A stretch of DNA of 63,081 bases, counting the filler, from Salisapilia sapeloensis CBS 127946 (Eukaryota; Protista; Oomycota), in the NCBI GenBank assembly GCA_023334545.1. It is 9 parts of 9 records of this genome, joined end to end, with 100 filler letters (N's around TTAATTAATTAA, not from the genome) between each part and the next. Parts side by side here need not be neighbours in the genome. Positions count along the whole stretch, not along the records: positions 60,339 to 61,944 come from JAADVB010001092.1; positions 62,045 to 63,081 come from JAADVB010001344.1; 7 more parts are not named here. The stretch is one strand, 5' to 3'. This document shows, piece after piece, positions 60,339-63,081 of this stretch (the first letter of the stretch is position 1; every line of letters starts with the position of its first letter). The translations under genes and the position numbers were made by a program. The notes beneath the pieces were generated by a model. That model ran no database searches. It saw nothing but the letters and a program-made list of their open reading frames with translations, and had not been told where the DNA came from.

Positions 60339-60710
60339 GTGGTATGATGATGCGAAGTACGAATGTGTGGTGTTTGTGGATGCGTCGATGTGGTGTGGTA
60401 TGATGTTTGGTGTGCATATGTGTGGAAGAAGGAGGAAGTGAAGTGAATGTGTGTGTCGAATAGGTAGGAGTATGTGTAGTTGGTTAATAGTGTGGAAGGT
60501 CTAGATCGATGTTGCAGAAGGTAGTGCATTGATATGGTGTGGTTCATGTTGTTGAAGAGTGGAAGTAGTTTGGAAGTATGGTGTGGATGTCAAGCATATA
60601 GTAGTATGATGAAAGAGTATGTGTAGGTGGAAGTAGTGTGTGTGAAGTAGAATAATAGGGTGATAGGGTTTGTGACCCTAGAGGAGGTAGAAGGTTATAG
60701 GGTTTAGTAT
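60339..60710 (-). repeat. Strand-skewed tract (G/T-rich on plus, C/A-rich on minus)
   Basis: GTGGTATG/GTGTGG/GAAGTAG-type low complexity, almost no C on the plus strand. Confidence 0.75.
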
Positions 60711-60717
60711 GGTGCAC

Positions 60718-61015
60718 TCTCGCCAATGAAGGATCGGATGAAAAATCTAGCCGGCAGATCTTTTGCTCGTTTAAAAAAAATCTTGTAGACCCCATTTTGG
60801 AAGTTCAACTCGAAGTATGTGACGAGAAATCGTCGAAAAACGGAATCTATATGTTCTTAAAGACAAATCTCGCCACTGAAGGATCGGATGAAAAATCGAA
60901 TCCTGCAGATCTTTTTCATATGTCAACAGAATTATATAGGGTCCGGTTTGGGTGTTCAACTCGACGTCTGTTACAAGAAAAACGCGAAAAACTGGTGCAG
61001 ATATGGTCTAATTCG
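60718..61015 (+). repeat. Two diverged tandem copies of a ~150-bp unit
   Basis: TCTCGCCA(A/C)TGAAGGATCGGATGAAAAATC at 60718 and 60868; GTTCAACTCGA at 60803 and 60954; GCAGATCTTTT and GAAAAAC in register. Confidence 0.85.
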
Positions 61016-61944
61016 CTACTGCTCGATTGATTTTTAGAAATAAAGCATGATTCGTGATCGCAATGGTCAATTTAGTAGGGGTAGCACCATTCTGAATTTG
61101 CAAATACGCAACATGTGGCGAGTTTGTCCCGGATTACTATTGCTAGTCGAGCAGGCAGTTGTGGGGCGTTGTGGTATCGTTGGTGAGTATTTGTAGTATC
61201 ATCGGACGCAGAATTTTATGGTCTCTGCGTATGATCTGACAGATGTTGTTAATGAGACACTAATTATGAGACAAATGGCGAATCTTTATTGTGGGACAAT
61301 TTGACTATTCGAATTTCGTAATTTATATGTCATCGGATGTATCACTTTTCAGTGAATCTAAAAATGTGCTTGATGTGTGTGAACAAGGTCTGTGGCGTAC
61401 ATAGCGGGCAGAAACGCAAGCTTTATAGTATGTGTCCAAGGCTTATCTTCTTTACATGCAAAGTGGAAGCTAAAAGAATAGAGCGGTAACTCTATTACAG
61501 GGGAGGGTAGTTGAGGGTTGGATCTGGGGAGCATGAGTTGTTGATGGCGAATTCGATCATGAGCTAATTGAGTCTGTACTTAGGCAGATCCACGGTAGAC
61601 GACGTAGATCCTGATAGATATCTATAAAGGACTACAAGGATACAGAGATATCCATGAAAGACGACGTAGATACACACAATGATCTAGTACCTTGCAGACG
61701 AAGAGTATAAGACTCAAACAGAAAGGCAACATCGAGTTCTAGATGCATACGAGATACGAGTAGAATAGAAGAAAAGGTAGGATGACGAAAGATACGACAG
61801 CGCTAATACGGAGAAGTGAAGTCCAGAGAAAGAACCATCTTTGAGATAAGGAGACATCAATTTGAAACCTGCTTCATAGGCGGTGTTACGGAGGCATTGT
61901 AGCCATCTAGTGGTATGCGAATTGTTAGTGGAGAAGGCCGATAA

Positions 61945-62044
61945 NNNNNNNNNNNNNNNNNNNNNNNNNNNNNNNNNNNNNNNNNNNNTTAATTAATTAA
62001 NNNNNNNNNNNNNNNNNNNNNNNNNNNNNNNNNNNNNNNNNNNN
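61945..62044. other. Artificial contig linker
   Basis: N44-TTAATTAATTAA-N44. Confidence 0.99.
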
Positions 62045-62265
62045 TATCGAACGAGCGCAGTTGAAGGTGCTGAGCTATAATCTTTCAAACCTTTTTCTCG
62101 TAGAATTGTCTTTGATGTGTCGATCTTTTCTCGTCTACTGTCATGATGGACTTTTGACGACAAATTCATCACCAAGGGTCTGCGAAGAACCGTCTGAGTA
62201 TTTCTTGGATCAATCGCCATCCAAGTCCAGAACTTTTTGAATTTTGGCAGTTTGCCCTCAAGCCA

Positions 62266-62281
62266 ACTCATTCCGCGTTTT
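62266..62281 (+). promoter_or_regulatory. Oomycete Inr+FPR core promoter
   Basis: ACTCATTCCGCGTTTT, 15/16 match to consensus, ~47 nt upstream of ATG 62328. Confidence 0.7.
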
Positions 62282-62327
62282 GCTCCGAAGTACCGACAAC
62301 TTTACAGCCTCTACTCGATCGACAAAC

Positions 62328-62540
62328 ATGGTAGCTCTGACCAAGTACATTCTAGCTCTAGCCTTGCTGGCAGTTGCTTCGACTTCTGCCCAAGAAGAAA
62401 GCAACGACGTGCAAGAGTCTGAAAATGCCGAGTATCGTCGCTTCGGTGGAGGCAGATATGACGATCGGTGGCGCCGCAACCGTTGGTGGGATAACCGCTA
62501 CCGCAACCGTCGGTGGAATGACCGTCGTCGTTTTGACTGA
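62328..62540 (+). CDS. Small secreted Arg/Trp-rich peptide precursor (70 aa)
   Basis: MVALTKYILALALLAVASTSA signal peptide, acidic spacer QEESNDVQESENAEY, then RRFGGGRYDDRWRRNRWWDNRYRNRRWNDRRRFD. A core promoter lies immediately upstream. Confidence 0.8.
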   Translation: MVALTKYILALALLAVASTSAQEESNDVQESENAEYRRFGGGRYDDRWRRNRWWDNRYRNRRWNDRRRFD

Positions 62541-63081
62541 GATTATTCAGCATACGAATGAAGCGGCCGCTGAAAACAATCAGTCGCCGCGAGGACGGAA
62601 ACTTCGGAGAGAACAGTGACTGATAAGGACAATGAATGGACTTTAGCTTTCAACTACTCTTTCCTTGCTTAGTATGATGCATCTACAATGTAGAGAAGCA
62701 ATCCTGAATTTGCAACTTGTCCAAGTAAGGTGAATTGTCACTATCGTTTGTGCCGAGGCTACAATTAAGTTTAAACTACGGATATGTAATACAAACAAAG
62801 GCAATCCTATTTGAACTAGTAAATCTGCACTTGCTTAAAAGCAAGCTTCCAAATGATAGTAAGGTAAATTCTACCTCAGTTGCGACTGCTTCGCAACAAG
62901 CAAAATTATAAATAGCTATTTGTCTGGGTATCGCGCGTATTTATCAATGCCTGGACACTTCCTCCTTCTGCTACGTGCCAGATTCTACCGTTGTAGTAAC
63001 TCATCCAAATTAGCCAGAGCTTTTCATTAAGCATGACTTTCTAGTTGTTTTCTAGTTCTCGAAGAGAAAAGGCGGCATTAA

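Noticed and set aside
60718-61015. CRISPR-like array (30-nt repeat with spacer)
   Set aside because: Only two copies, the intervening sequences are themselves homologous, the context is eukaryotic and there are no cas genes.

Overview
The window is not one locus. It is nine short contigs joined by eight artificial 100-nt linkers (N44-TTAATTAATTAA-N44), so adjacency across linkers means nothing. The sequence is eukaryotic and almost certainly an oomycete, based on WLGC-family LRR protein, oomycete-type Inr/FPR core promoters, short GT-AG introns, and GH81 and SWEET genes. Recognisable genes: GH81 glucanase (3' part), MYST acetyltransferase fragment, EH-domain protein, Misato/DML1, secreted CAP-like protein, DNA polymerase eta, WLGC protein, trypsin plus an unannotated trypsin pseudogene, cytosolic carboxypeptidase, ferric reductase (partial), a fungal-type O-methyltransferase, eIF4A-III, a bHLH factor, RNR large subunit, type II PI4-kinase (partial), an HxxxDG acyltransferase, SWEET and a small secreted Arg/Trp-rich peptide. 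Contig 1 is a relic zone: VPS13 fragment, internally deleted LINE, and a four-repeat telobox-like Myb pseudogene. The most unusual element is a ~2.9-kb ORF-less island (~18-19% GC in hand-counted samples). Its surviving C/G sit preferentially in AC/GT and GC contexts, suggesting a non-canonical (non-CpA) C-to-T hypermutation process. All family calls come from motif recognition by eye; no database searches were run.
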